64,000 nucleotides of DNA from an uncultured Thermoleophilia bacterium (GTDB lineage Bacteria > Actinomycetota > Thermoleophilia > UBA2241), in contig CAVQSP010000013.1 in assembly GCA_963715985.1 (NCBI GenBank), forward strand, positions 64,001 to 128,000, read 5' to 3'. The notes below the pieces were generated by a model, which was not told where the DNA came from, ran no database searches, and was given only the letters and a program-made list of their open reading frames with translations. Below, piece after piece: positions 31,340 to 41,006 of the stretch; the first letter of the stretch is position 1; each line of letters begins with the position of its first letter. The position numbers and the translations under genes were made by a program.

Positions 31340-31784
31340 TCAGGCCAGCGTGGCCTCCACGCTGAGCGCCACGTTGCCCTTGAGGGCGCCGCTGATCGGG
31401 CAGCCGTCCTTGGCCTTCTCGGCGGCCTCCTTGAAGGCGGCCTCGTCCATGCCGGGCACCGTGCCCCTGCACGGCGATCTCGGACGTGCCCACCTTCCAG
31501 CCGCCCTCGATCTCCTTGAACGTGACCGTGGCGCTCACTTCGAGCTTCTCCGGCGGCGTGCCACCTCCGCCGAGGATGCCCGAAAGCGCCATGCAGTAGC
31601 AGCTCGCGTGAGCAGCGGCGACGAGCTCCTCGGGGCTGGTCTTGCCTTCGGAGCGGGCCGTGCGCGAGGCCCACGTGACGGGCAAGGGGCCTGCTGCCCC
31701 GCTCGTCACGAGCGAGACCTCGCCTGAGCCCTGCGCGAGCGAGCCTTGCCACACTGCCTCGGCGCGACGTGGTGCGTCTGCCAT
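31340..31784 (-). CDS. osmC: OsmC family peroxiredoxin (frameshift ~31470)
   Basis: 'AEAVWQGSL..GSG', 'TSPEELVAAAHASCYCMAL', then 'AKDGCPISGAL' in the shifted frame. Confidence 0.93.
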
Positions 31785-31976
31785 CGTGCTACCTCCTCGT
31801 GGAGAGCGACCGGGCTCGACTGCGCCGGCCCGGCGCGCCTTGTACGTTCGCCGCTCTCATGCCCGCGCGCGGGGCACCGCCAAACGCGTTGCGCGGGGCG
31901 ACCACCCGGACCGCGCAGGGGTCATCGGGGCACGTGAAGTCGCCGTCCCGGCAGCCGACGCGGGCACGCCCCCGGG

Positions 31977-32222
31977 GTGCCCTCGCCGCCGCCCCTGCCG
32001 CCATCACGGCTCAGCCCCTCGGCCAAGGTCGTGCTGCAGGTCAAGAATGTCGGCAGCGTGGTCAAGACCAAGACCCTGAGAAGCGTGCCCATGAACACGA
32101 CGGAGACCTACAGCTTCAGGGTGACGCTCAACAAGGGCTCCCACCGCTGGTCCCTCTCCGCCACCGATCTCGCCGGCAACACGCAGGCCGACGTCGACAT
32201 GGTCTCGTTCAAGGTGAAATGA
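31977..32222 (+). pseudogene. Orphan type-A C-terminal domain (gene remnant or stand-alone small protein)
   Basis: 'LSPSAKVVLQVKN...SATDLAGNTQADVDMVSFKVK' matches the last ~70 aa of the proteins ending at 36066 and 37754; no signal peptide. Confidence 0.7.
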
Positions 32223-32247
32223 GCGCGTCTTGGACCCGCTGAGTGGA

Positions 32248-32279
32248 CGGGGGCGGCGGTCGAAGGGCCGCCGCCCCCG
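32248..32279. terminator. GC-rich hairpin between convergent genes
   Basis: CGGGGGCGGCGGTC-GAAG-GGCCGCCGCCCCCG; near-identical to the hairpin at 37808-37837. Confidence 0.7.
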
Positions 32280-32284
32280 GCGCG

Positions 32285-33979
32285 TCAGCGGTCGCCGATG
32301 CAGTACAAGCTGCCGTCGCGCGAGCCGACGAAGATCCGCCCCTTCCACATCACGGGCGTGCTCTCGAAGGCGCCGCCACCGGAGAAGGTGGCCTTCTCGA
32401 CGACGGCCACGGTGAACCAGTCGCCGCCCGGGCTCTTGAGCGCGCCTTCGTCTCCCTTCCCGGCTGCGTGCCACTTCACCTTGTAGAGGTGGACCTGGTT
32501 GTCGTAGCCGGCAGCCACGATGGTGTCGTCCACCATGATGGGCGTCGAGATGCCGCCGCCTGTGGAGAACTGCGCCACGACTTTGGGTGTGGGATAGGGG
32601 CCGTCGAGGTTCGGGCCCGGGACCGTGTTGCCCGCTTTGGCGTCCTGCGCCACCACGTAGAGGTTGCCGTCGATGGCCATGAAGGCGGCCAGGCGGGGCC
32701 GGCGGCCCCATGGGTCGTAGGCGTCGTTGACCGCCACCGACCCGATCACGCCGCCGGCCCAGTCCTCCAGCTTGTGGTCGCCGGTGGGGAAGAACCACTT
32801 CACTGCGGCCGAGCCCGCCTTCTTCGGATCCAGCATCAGCACCCCGCCGTGGCCCTGGATGTACTGCTTCTCCACGGCCACGAGCAGCCGGCCCGAGGCG
32901 GTCGGCACCGGCGTGCCGTCCAGGTCCGAGCCGGTGCGGTAGTCCCACACCACCTTGAGGTCGCTGCGGCGCATCCCGTACACGTGGCCGGACCCCGAGC
33001 TGATGTACACCTTGCCGTCCAACAGGCTCGGCGACGCCTCGAGCACGAGGTTGCCGCCGTGGGCGGTGGCGTCCTGCGGGTCGCCGATCAGGAGCCTCTC
33101 CGCGACGATCTCCGGGGTACGGTAGCCGTTCCACGCCGTGGTCCTGAAGGGGTCGAGCTTGTAGAACCAGCCGCTCTCGACCCCCGAGAACATGCGCTTG
33201 TTGTAGAAGAACCCGCTGCCGTCCACGTCGCGGCTGTAGCTCGCCGTCAGCGGCACGGGCAGGCGCCACACCTCCTTGCCCGTGCCGAACGAGACGGCGC
33301 GGTACGGCGCCAGCGCGGGATCGGTGAAGCTGGACGGCCAGCCGCGCCGAGAACCTGCGAGCACGAGGTACCTGTCGCTCTCGACGTCGGGCCGCGGGTC
33401 TTCGATCACCGTCGGGCTGCTCTTGATGATGTCGTCGAAGGCGTACTCCCACACAACGCGCCCGGTCTCGAGCTCGATCTTGTGCAGGTTGTGGTCGAAA
33501 CCGCCGGCCAGCAGGTACAGCGTGCCCTGGTCGCGCACGATGACGGGCTGGCCCGTCCAGCCCATGCCCGACCAGGGGAGGTTCTTCTTCTTGGGGTCGA
33601 CGGGTGCGGTCAGACCGCTGCCGATGGTCGTCTTCCAGATGAGGTCAAGGTGTCTGGGCGGCGGCCCCAGCCCGTACACCCGCCTCGTCTCGTCGCCGAG
33701 GAACGTCGACACCTTGACGCCGTCGCCGGAGGAGGCGATCGGCGGGGGCGGGTCGACGGCGACGGGGCCGGGAAAGACGACGGCGTCGAGGACGGGCCGG
33801 CCTGCGGCCGGGGACGCCTCGCCGCCCCCGCCGGCACCCGCGGTCGCGCCATCACGTCCGGCGACGCTGTGCCACGCGTCCTGCGCCAGGCCCGTGCCCA
33901 CCACGACGCCGGCGGCCGCGACCACCACGATGAGGGCGATGAGCGTGCTGCGCCTGCGTCTGAGAGTCCGCCGGCGCAT
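32285..33979 (-). CDS. Membrane-anchored PQQ-binding-like beta-propeller protein
   Basis: N-terminal TM; 'TFLGDETRRVYG', 'GWTGQPVIV', 'DDIIKSSPT', 'ESTPVMWKGRIFVGSRDGSLYCIG'. Confidence 0.85.
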   Translation of the reverse strand: MRRRTLRRRRSTLIALIVVVAAAGVVVGTGLAQDAWHSVAGRDGATAGAGGGGEASPAAGRPVLDAVVFPGPVAVDPPPPIASSGDGVKVSTFLGDETRRVYGLGPPPRHLDLIWKTTIGSGLTAPVDPKKKNLPWSGMGWTGQPVIVRDQGTLYLLAGGFDHNLHKIELETGRVVWEYAFDDIIKSSPTVIEDPRPDVESDRYLVLAGSRRGWPSSFTDPALAPYRAVSFGTGKEVWRLPVPLTASYSRDVDGSGFFYNKRMFSGVESGWFYKLDPFRTTAWNGYRTPEIVAERLLIGDPQDATAHGGNLVLEASPSLLDGKVYISSGSGHVYGMRRSDLKVVWDYRTGSDLDGTPVPTASGRLLVAVEKQYIQGHGGVLMLDPKKAGSAAVKWFFPTGDHKLEDWAGGVIGSVAVNDAYDPWGRRPRLAAFMAIDGNLYVVAQDAKAGNTVPGPNLDGPYPTPKVVAQFSTGGGISTPIMVDDTIVAAGYDNQVHLYKVKWHAAGKGDEGALKSPGGDWFTVAVVEKATFSGGGAFESTPVMWKGRIFVGSRDGSLYCIGDR

Positions 33980-34255
33980 CTCCTGCGCGCCTTCGCTCAC
34001 GTAGACGCGGTAGGGGGGCCGCCGGTGTGCACGCTGGCCGGTCACGATGTGGCAAGGGTATCATCGGCCGCTCCCGCTGCGCGCCTGGCCGAGCGGGCTG
34101 CGCCCGCCTGGAGCCGTGCAACGGTGGCGCCTCGCAACCATGGGGGTACTATCTCCTTATGTGGCGGCCCCAGGGGCCGCGTGGGGTGGCCGCCGTTCGT
34201 TCGCGGCGTGTCCGCCCCTGTGGCGCCGCCGAGGGTATCCACAGGAGGAGGAGTC

Positions 34256-36066
34256 ATGGGGAAACGGTTAGCGTTCATTCTGGCGCTCGTGGCCGCGGTG
34301 CTGCTGCTGGTCGCGCCGGCGGCCTTGGCGGCCATCGATGTGACCGACATCTCGCCGGGCTCGGGGGAGAGGGGCTGGACGGTCGACTGCACGGTGTACG
34401 GCAGCTTCCATCACCCTCTCGGCATCAACGTGGACCTTCCGGAGTTCACGCTCGTCCACCCCGGTCACACCATCACGGGGACGACGACGGGCATCAACGC
34501 TACCGGCACGCGGGCCTACGTCACGTTCAACATCCCGGCGCTCGCGGACCTCGGCTGGTACACCCTGGAGGCGAGCCAGTACTACGGCCCGTTCCCGACG
34601 CCGCCCGACACTGACTCGCTCGACCGTACGCGTTCCAGGTCATGATCGGTGGTCCCGACATCACCGGCACGAATCCCACCGCAGTCATGGCGGGCAGCGG
34701 TTCCTTCATGCTGACGGTGTACGGCGACCACTTCCGCTCGAGCTCCCCCGGGTACTACGGCTCCGCGATCGAGTGGAACGGCGTCCATATGGACACCACC
34801 TACTACTCGACGACGACGCTCACGGCGTTCATCCCGGCCTCGGCTGTGGCCTACCCCGGGACCGTCGGGATCGTGGTCCACAACGTGAGCGACGGCACGC
34901 TCAGCAATACCTGGTCCTTCAACGTCGCCGCGGCGCCCCCGACGATCAGTGCCCTCTCCCCGTCCTCGACGGCCGCGGGTGGGCCTGCCTTCTCGCTCGG
35001 GGTCACCGGCTGGAACTTCGTCACCGGGCCCTATGGCGCCGTCGTGCGCTGGAACTCCACCGACCTGGCAACGGTGCGCGACTCGAGCACGCATCTGACG
35101 GCGACCGTGCCGGCGTCGCTGATCGCCACCGTCGGGACCGCGACGATCACGGTGCGCAACGGACCGGGTGGATACCAGGTCTCCAACGGTCTCACGTTCA
35201 CGGTCGTCAACCCCACCCCGGTGATGGGCGCCATCAGCCCGACCTCCGTGTGGGCCGGCTACGTGAAGAACGACGTCGTGCTCACGGTCACCGGCAGCAA
35301 CTTCATCAACGGCGCCCGCATCGTGCTCAGCGGCGGCGAGAAGACAGGCACCACCTTTGTCGGTGCAACGCAGCTGACGGTGCCGCTGGCGGCGGCAGAC
35401 ATCGCCGCTGCCGGCACGCTGATGGTGAGCGTCAAGAACCCGCCCTTCCCGCCCGGGTACCCGAGCGCCGGAGCCCTGCCGCTCACGGTGCAGGCCGAGT
35501 CCACGACCCCCATGGTGACGATCAGCGGTGCCGACACTGCTTGGCACAACGCGCCGGTGCCCCTGACCTTCACCGCCACCGACGCCCAGTCCGGCGTGCA
35601 GAAGGTGCAGTACATGGCGCCACCGACGGTGGGCAGCTGGACCGACGGCACGTCCTACACGGTGCCGACCTCCGCGCAGGGTGCCATCACCGTCTCCGTG
35701 CAGGCGCTGGACTGGTGCAACAAGGTCGGCACGGCCAGCGCCACCGTCAACATCGACACGACCAAGCCCAAGACCGCGACGCACGGCGGCGAGACGGTCC
35801 AGCAGGGCAAGGGGGCGAGGTTGGACTACAGCGCCAGCGAACCATCCAACCTCAGCCCGAAGGCGAACGTGGTCATCAAGATCGAGCGCAACAACGGCTC
35901 GACGGCGCAGACCATCCGCAAGAACAACGTGGCCATGAACGCGAAGCACACGGCCTACTTCACGTGCAACCTCGCCAAGGGCACCTACACGTGGTACGTC
36001 TACGCCACTGACCTGGCCGGCAACACGCAAGCCAACATCGCCCACGCGAAGCTCAAGGTCAAGTGA
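34256..36066 (+). CDS. Secreted multi-IPT/TIG surface protein, paralog 1 (frameshift ~34630)
   Basis: RBS AGGAGGAGG, signal peptide '..LLVAPAALA'; repeated 'P.I..ISP.S..AG...LTV.G.NF' domains; type-A C-terminal domain. Confidence 0.85.
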
Positions 36067-36091
36067 GCTTCGCCTGAAGACCGCGGGTGCG

Positions 36092-36121
36092 GCGGGGGGA
36101 GGCCGTGAGGCCTCCCCCCGC
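36092..36121 (+). terminator. Hairpin terminator after paralog 1
   Basis: GCGGGGGGAGGCC-GTGA-GGCCTCCCCCCGC perfect stem, GNRA loop. Confidence 0.75.
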
Positions 36122-36217
36122 TCTGAAGGATTCCCTCGGTCTGCCGATGGAGGTCAGGTAAGCTTGCTCTGCTGGAGGGTCGGTCCCGGGACGCCCGGGC
36201 CGTGTCAAGGAGGAGCC

Positions 36218-37754
36218 ATGAAGAGACGCGCCCTGTTCGTCCTCGTCTGCATCGCCGCACTACTGGTGATCGCCGTCCCTGCAGCGCAGGCCGACGAGTA
36301 CATGTACGTCGGCGGCATCACTCCCAACAGCGGGTACACCGGCACGACCTCGACTTACGTCGTGACGGCGAACTATCTCACCCCCATCGGTCCGCTGAAC
36401 CTCACGCCTCACATCTGGCTGGCCAACGGCTTCACGACGATCGACGGGTATGGTGTTGCCCTCGTCGGTCCCACATCGGCCGCCGTGATGTTCACGATTC
36501 CGAACGACGCGCCCGCAGGTCTCTACGATCTCCACGTCCAGCAGACCTCGGGATTCCTCAGCTACTCCGGCATGCGGGTCAGCATGTTCACGGTGCAGCA
36601 GCGCCCGGTGATCACCTCGCTTGACCCGGCCAGCGTCGCGGCGGGTTCCGGCGACCTGACCCTCACCGTCAACGGCGCCAACTTCATTCAGATCTACTCG
36701 CCGCAGCCTCGCCAGTCCGTGCTTCGGGTCAACAGCACGATCGTCAGCACCACCTACGTCTCGGCGAACAAGCTGACGGCGACCATCCCCGCGGCCCTGC
36801 TTGCCTCGCCCGGCACCCTGCAGCTCGTCGTGATCAACACCGGCACCAAACCCGATCCCGAGGTCCAGAGCGAGCCGTTCCCCTACACGGTCAAGGCGCC
36901 GGCCGCGCCGGTGTTGACCTCGATCTCCCCGACCTCCGTGTGGGCAGGCTCTGTGAAGAACGACGTTCTGACGGTCACCGGCAGCGGCTTCGTGAGCGGC
37001 GCCCGCATCACCCTGAACGGCGTCGACAAGTCATCCACCACGTTCGTGAGCGCGACGCAGCTCACGCTTCCTCTCGCCGCGGCCGACATCGCCACCGCGG
37101 GCACGATCACGGTGGGTGTCAAGAACCCGCCCTTCCCGCCGGGCACCCCGAGCGCCGCGACCGCGCCGCTCGCGGTCCAGGCCGAGACGAGCACGCCGGT
37201 GGTGACCATCAGCGGCGCCGACACCGCCTGGCACAACGCCCCGGTCCCGCTCACCTTCTCCGCCACCGACAGCCAGTCGGGCGTGCAGAAGATCCAGTAC
37301 ATGGCGCCTCCGGGTCGTGCCCGCCTGGACCGACGGCACCTCGTACACCGTGCCCACTACCTCGCAGGGTGCGATCAGCGTGAGCGTCCAGGCGCTCGAC
37401 TGGTGCAACGCTGCCGGCACGGCCGGCGCGACCGTCAACATCGACACGACCAAGCCGGGGACCAAGACCCGCGGCGCCGCCACGGTCAAGAAGGGCAACA
37501 CGGCCAAGCTCAAGTACCGCGTCACGGAGCCCTCCGGCCTCAGCCCCACGGCCGACGTGGTGATCAAGGTCAACGACAGCAAGGACAAGACCGTGAAGAC
37601 GGTCACGGTGGGCGGCGCGAAGGTGAACGCAGACCTCGCCGCGACCTTCACCTGCAACCTCAAGAAGGGCACGTACAAGTGGTACGTGTACGCCACCGAC
37701 CTGGCCGGCAACACGCAGGAGAACATCGCCCACGCGAAGCTCACAGTGAAGTGA
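36218..37754 (+). CDS. Secreted multi-IPT/TIG surface protein, paralog 2 (frameshift ~37315)
   Basis: RBS AAGGAGG, signal peptide 'MKRRALFVLVCIAALLVIAVPAAQA'; IPT domains; type-A C-terminal domain. Confidence 0.85.
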
Positions 37755-37807
37755 CGGCGCCGGGGGAGGTCGCGCCTGCGGCGTCTCCGGCGTACGACAC
37801 TGAGTCT

Positions 37808-37840
37808 GGGGGCGGCGGCCGAAAGGCCGCCGCCCCTTCT
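37808..37840 (+). terminator. Hairpin terminator after paralog 2
   Basis: GGGGCGGCGGCC-GAAA-GGCCGCCGCCCC followed by TTCT. Confidence 0.75.
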
Positions 37841-37863
37841 GTCGGCTGGGGTAAGCTTGCAGA

Positions 37864-38979
37864 ATGACCGACAAGATCCGCCTCACACAGTTCGCAGCCA
37901 AGAGCGGTTGAGCGGCCAAGCTGGGTCCGTGCGACCTGCAAGCCGTTCTCGACGCTCTCCCGCGCAGCTCACCTGAGTTCGCGCGGTTGCTCGAGACGCG
38001 CGACGACGCCGCCGTCACGCGCGTCTCCGACGACCTCTGCCTGGTGCAGACGGTCGACTTCTTCACGCCCATCGTCGACTCGCCGTACTGGTTCGGCCAG
38101 CTGGCGGCGGCCAACGCGCTCAGCGACGTGTATGCAATGGGCGCCCGGCCGCTGACGGCCATGAACCTCGTGGCCTGGCCGTCGGACCTCGACATGAAGC
38201 ACCTCGCCGAGGTGCTGCGGGGCGGCGCCGAGAAGGTCATCGAGGCCGGCGCCGATCTGGCGGGGGGGCACTCGATCGACGACAAGGAGCCCAAGTACGG
38301 CCTCGCCGTCACCGGCGTGGCGCGCCCGGACGAGATCGTGTACAACTCCGGCGCCCAGCCCGGCGACCTGCTCGTGCTCACCAAGCGCATCGGCATCGGT
38401 GTGCTGGCGAGCGCACTCAAGAACGGCGTCATCAGCGAGGACGAGATGATGCCGGCCATCCTGGAGGCGGCGGTGCTCAACGCCGCCGCCGCCGAGGCCA
38501 TGGCCGAGGTGGGCGTGCACGCCTGCACCGACGTGAGCGGCTTCGGCCTGCTCGGCCACCTCGGCGAGATGCTGGACGCCGGCGCCGTGGCGGCCGAGGT
38601 GGACGTCGAGGCCGTGCCGCTGCACCCCGGCGTGCTCGACCTCATCGCGCACAGCGTGTACGCCGGGGGCCTGCGCAGCAATCGCGACTTCCTGCTGCCG
38701 CGGTTGCGGACGGCCGGGGAGGCCGGCGCGGAGCCGCGAGGCGCCGGCCGGGCGTCCACCGGCTCCGGCGGCGACGGGCCGTTCGCGGGTCCGCCTGCCG
38801 CCCAGGACCCGCGCGTCCTGGCGCTCTTCGACCCGCAGACGTCGGGCGGCCTGCTCATCGCCGTGGCCGCCGAGCGGCACACCGCGCTGCTCGCCGCCCT
38901 CGACGCTCGCGTCGTGCCGTCGTGGACGGTCGGTCGCGTCACCGCAGCGACTCCCGGCGACGTCACTCTGCGCGTCTGA
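37864..38979 (+). CDS. selD: Selenide, water dikinase, itself a selenoprotein (Sec16)
   Basis: MTDKIRLTQFAAKSG-TGA(37909-11)-AAKLGP in frame with ORF 37987..38979; 'DDAAV', 'QTVDFFTPIVD', 'AANALSDVYAMG', 'TDVSGFGLLGH', 'DPQTSGGLL'. Confidence 0.97.
37912..37946 (+). promoter_or_regulatory. Putative SECIS of selD
   Basis: GCGGC/GCCGT lower stem; GC(T)GGGTC/GACCTGC upper stem with bulged U; loop CGTGC with G 18 nt after the UGA. Confidence 0.6.
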
Positions 38980-39015
38980 CATGCCTTCGCCCTTCGCCCC
39001 CCGCACGGCCACGCC

Positions 39016-39570
39016 GTGAGTCCCGAGCGCAAGCCCGGCGACCCCGGCTGGAAGCCCAGCGAGGAGGACATCGCAGCCGCGCAACGTCCCCAGGCCGGAC
39101 TGATCCTGCGCGCCGTCTCCGTGATCCCGTTCATCGCGCTCGGCGTGATCGGCGTGCTCGCGCTCGTCGCCTGGGCGGCCGTGTTCGTCTTCGGTGTGGG
39201 CAACAGCAACGGGGCGGTGTGGACGTGGGCGCGCGGCAAGCCGGCCGGCGAGGTCATCGTCCAGGTCGCGGTGATGCTCCTGATCGGGGTGGCGTGCGCG
39301 GCGGTCGCCGGCCTGGCGATCTTCGCCACCGGCTACGGAGTCAAGCCGCGGCAGCCGTGGTACTTCTGGCCGGCTGCCCAGACCGTGTTCGGCGTCCTCC
39401 TCATCCTTCTGGTCGTAGGAGGCAGGAAGTACCCTGCGGCGATGGAGGACCTGGGTCTCACCGGCCTGGAGTGGTGGTTCCTGTTCCTCTGGCTCGCCTT
39501 CTCGATGGTCGTAGCGGGACTACGCATGCGTCGCCGTGGGCATGACGGGGGGGATGGCACCCATGGCTGA
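39016..39570 (+). CDS. Four-TM membrane protein of unknown function within the sel cluster
   Basis: 184-aa ORF with four hydrophobic segments; 3' end overlaps the selA start. Confidence 0.75.
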   Translation: MSPERKPGDPGWKPSEEDIAAAQRPQAGLILRAVSVIPFIALGVIGVLALVAWAAVFVFGVGNSNGAVWTWARGKPAGEVIVQVAVMLLIGVACAAVAGLAIFATGYGVKPRQPWYFWPAAQTVFGVLLILLVVGGRKYPAAMEDLGLTGLEWWFLFLWLAFSMVVAGLRMRRRGHDGGDGTHG

Positions 39571-40996
39571 GAAACGGGGAGCTGCCGACGGGCGGCAGGC
39601 GCGTCTGCGCGCCTTGGCGGCCGTCGACGAGGTGCTGCGCGAGCCGGCCGCCGAGGAGCTGCTGGAGCGCTACCCGCGCGAGCTCGTGGTGGATGCGGTG
39701 CGCGCCGTCATCGAGCGCCTGCGCGCGGACATCCTGGCCGGGGAAGAGGCCGGCGAGGGCTCCGCCGCCAAGGCGGCGGGTCTCACGCCGGCCGACCTCG
39801 TGCCCTGGGCGGCGCGACTATTGGAGACGGCCGTCACGCCTTCGTTGCGCCGCGTCATCAACGCCTCCGGCGTGGTCGTCCACACCAATCTCGGGCGGGC
39901 GCTGCTGCCGCGCGAGGCCGTCGAGGCCGTCGTCACCGCCGCCTCCGGCTACACCGACCTGGAGTTCAGCCTGGCGCGCGGCGAACGCGCCTCGCGCCAG
40001 GACCACGTTCACGACGTCCTCTGCACGGTGACCGGCGCGGAGGACGCGCTGGCCGTGAACAACAACGCGGCGGCGGTGCTGCTGGCGCTCGCCGCCACCG
40101 CGCGCGGCGGCGAGGTACTCGTGGCGCGCGGCCAGCTGGTGGAGATCGGCGACGGCTTCCGCATCCCCGACATCCTGCGTGAGAGCGGCGCCGAGCTCGT
40201 CGAGGTCGGCACCACCAACCGCACGTACCTCAGGGACTTCGAGAGCGCTTGGACCGACCGCACGCGCGCCGTGCTGCGCGTCCACACGAGCAACTACCGC
40301 ATCGTCGGGTTCACGGCGGAGCCCTCGCTCGAGGAGCTCGCCGGGCTCGCGCACGAGCACGGCGCAGTGCTCGTGGACGACCTCGGCAGCGGGGCCCTGG
40401 CGGGTCTGCCTCTGTTCGCGGAAGAGCCGTCGCTGCAGGACAGCGTGGCCGTCGGCGCCGACATCGTCACGTTCAGCGGCGACAAGCTCCTGGGCGGCCC
40501 ACAGGCCGGCGTGGCCATCGGCCGCGCGGAGGCCATCGGGGCGATGCGCCGTCACCCGCTGGCCAGGGCGCTGCGCATCGACAAGCTTGACCTGGCGGCT
40601 CTCGACGCCGTCCTCCGCCTGTACCTGGACCCGCAGGCTGCGCTGGAGCGGATCCCGACCCTGGCGGCGCTTGCGGCGCCCGCGCAAGAGGTCCGCGCCC
40701 GCGCCGGGCGGCTGCGCGACCTGCTCGAGGCCCGAGGCGTGGGCGCGGATCGGCTGGGCCTCGAGGACTCTGTGGCTCGCGCCGGAGCCGGCGCGCTGCC
40801 CGTGACCGAAGTGCCGAGCACGGCGGTGTCTGTCGACGCCGGCGACGACGCCGACGGCGTCGCCACGAGGCTGCGCCTGGGAGCGCCGGCCGTCGTGTGC
40901 CGCGTGCACGAGGGCCGCATCCTCCTCGACGTGCGCGCCGTCGGCGAGCACGAGCTCGCGGACCTGGCCGCCGCGGTGGCCGCTGCGGTCGCCTGA
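39563..40996 (+). CDS. selA: L-seryl-tRNA(Sec) selenium transferase
   Basis: 'VINASGVVVHTNLGRA', 'VNNNAAAV', 'LVEIGDGFRIPD', 'EVGTTNRT', 'FSGDKLLGGPQAG', 'RALRIDK'. Confidence 0.97.
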   Translation: MAEKRGAADGRQARLRALAAVDEVLREPAAEELLERYPRELVVDAVRAVIERLRADILAGEEAGEGSAAKAAGLTPADLVPWAARLLETAVTPSLRRVINASGVVVHTNLGRALLPREAVEAVVTAASGYTDLEFSLARGERASRQDHVHDVLCTVTGAEDALAVNNNAAAVLLALAATARGGEVLVARGQLVEIGDGFRIPDILRESGAELVEVGTTNRTYLRDFESAWTDRTRAVLRVHTSNYRIVGFTAEPSLEELAGLAHEHGAVLVDDLGSGALAGLPLFAEEPSLQDSVAVGADIVTFSGDKLLGGPQAGVAIGRAEAIGAMRRHPLARALRIDKLDLAALDAVLRLYLDPQAALERIPTLAALAAPAQEVRARAGRLRDLLEARGVGADRLGLEDSVARAGAGALPVTEVPSTAVSVDAGDDADGVATRLRLGAPAVVCRVHEGRILLDVRAVGEHELADLAAAVAAAVA

Positions 40997-41006
40997 GCGA
41001 GCTCCC

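Larger units (their letters stand above)
35233..37754 (+). repeat. Diverged direct duplication of ~830 bp (35233-36066 vs 36923-37754)
   Basis: Shared peptides ISPTSVWAG.VKND, VKNPPFPPG, TISGADTAWHNAPVPLTF, VQALDWCN, WYVYATDLAGNTQ.NIAHAKL.VK. Confidence 0.9.

Noticed and set aside
38700-38810. Gly/Ala/Pro insertion in SelD as an intein or new domain
   Set aside because: About 35 aa of low complexity with no intein termini; a similar linker occurs in LipA.
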